Shown here: in pieces, positions 63,464-64,000 of the stretch | Numbering within the stretch: the first letter of the stretch is position 1 | Layout of the letters: every line of letters begins with the position of its first letter | IMG/VR virus record: IMGVR_UViG_3300006754_000014 | Coordinates: 4,685 to 68,684 of that record | Strand: one strand, 5' to 3' | From: a virus | DNA: 64,000 bases | The notes under the pieces: model-generated | Databases searched by the model: none | Told to the model about the DNA's origin: nothing | What the model saw: the letters and a program-made list of their open reading frames with translations, nothing else | Made by a program: the position numbers and the translations under genes

Positions 63464-63516
63464 AGTAGTGAAGGGGGTCGGAGGTGTCGGAGGGTCCGTG
63501 ACCCCCTCATGTCCTT

Positions 63517-63574
63517 AATATACATGGTTATGCCCCCTTCTGGGCAAATGTGTACCAGTTTAAGAACTGTCTAC
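63517..63574 (-). promoter_or_regulatory. Early promoter, class A (palindrome, hairpin and TATATT)
   Basis: Perfect CAGTT-TAAG-AACTG core (63556-63569), 33 nt from TATATT (63517-63522). Confidence 0.75.
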
Positions 63575-63774
63575 TATTTGACGATTTCCCAGTTCGGATC
63601 GTCTAGTTTTTTCATCTGGAAATTGTACCGACCGCTGATCGATGATAGGTAGAAATGAACAGAGTCTTCGCTGTCAACCCGGCAAGAGTGCAGGTTATGC
63701 ATGACACTATTGAATCTGTCCTTAGCATCATCGGTCTTAGGTTCAACGCAAATCAGTTTGCTTTTAGTCTTCAT
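63574..63774 (-). CDS. Hypothetical phage protein
   Basis: MKTKSKLICVEPKTDDAKDRF...LHSC.V...L.SI...Y.F...DPNW. Confidence 0.7.
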   Translation of the reverse strand: MKTKSKLICVEPKTDDAKDRFNSVMHNLHSCRVDSEDSVHFYLSSISGRYNFQMKKLDDPNWEIVK

Positions 63775-63816
63775 GGTGTGGAGTGAGTACAGAAAAAAGG
63801 AGGTCCTAGTCAACCG

Positions 63817-63990
63817 TCATGATGTAGCATAGGTTTGTTTGATTGCATCGGACTTGAATCGTCTGCATAACTTAAACAAGAGTTTTAAGTCATCATCAAT
63901 CACATATCTGAATGAAGGTGATTCAATAACAAACTTGTCATCTTCAATCCAGATTTGTGGTAGTTTCTTCTTGTAGATAATGTCGATCAT
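63817..63990 (-). CDS. Small hypothetical protein (57 aa or longer)
   Basis: MIDIIYKKKLPQIWIEDDKFVIESPSFRYVIDDDLKLLFKLCRRFKS...; the true start may lie beyond the window edge. Confidence 0.55.
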   Translation of the reverse strand: MIDIIYKKKLPQIWIEDDKFVIESPSFRYVIDDDLKLLFKLCRRFKSDAIKQTYATS

Positions 63991-64000
63991 GATGGTGAAA

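Overview
A 64-kb segment of a low-GC T4-like myovirus genome, most likely a marine cyanophage (Kyanoviridae-type gene order; host inferred, and no photosynthesis genes occur in this window). Nearly all genes are on the minus strand. Left to right: replication and recombination genes (g44 partial, g45, a CobS-like AAA+/CobT-like VWA pair, g46, g47, g55, uvsW, uvsY); head, tail and neck genes (g3, g23, g22, g21, g20, g19, g18, g17, g16, g15, g14, g13); a 2691-aa virion protein; baseplate genes (g8, a giant 4946-aa g7, g6, g25); and from about 55.4 kb an accessory/early region of small ORFs. The most unusual part is 57.0-58.65 kb. It holds the only credible plus-strand operon, whose second gene is a 57-aa HicA-like RNase missed by the ORF track, with no visible HicB. 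This operon converges on a promoter-driven, hairpin-rich non-coding stretch, and five exact cyanobacterial-type DnaA boxes (TTTTCCACA) lie in and beside it. The early promoters fall into two activator-site classes: a palindrome at fixed spacing, and an HLR1/RpaB-like direct repeat. All calls come from reading the sequence and recalled family motifs; no database searches were run.
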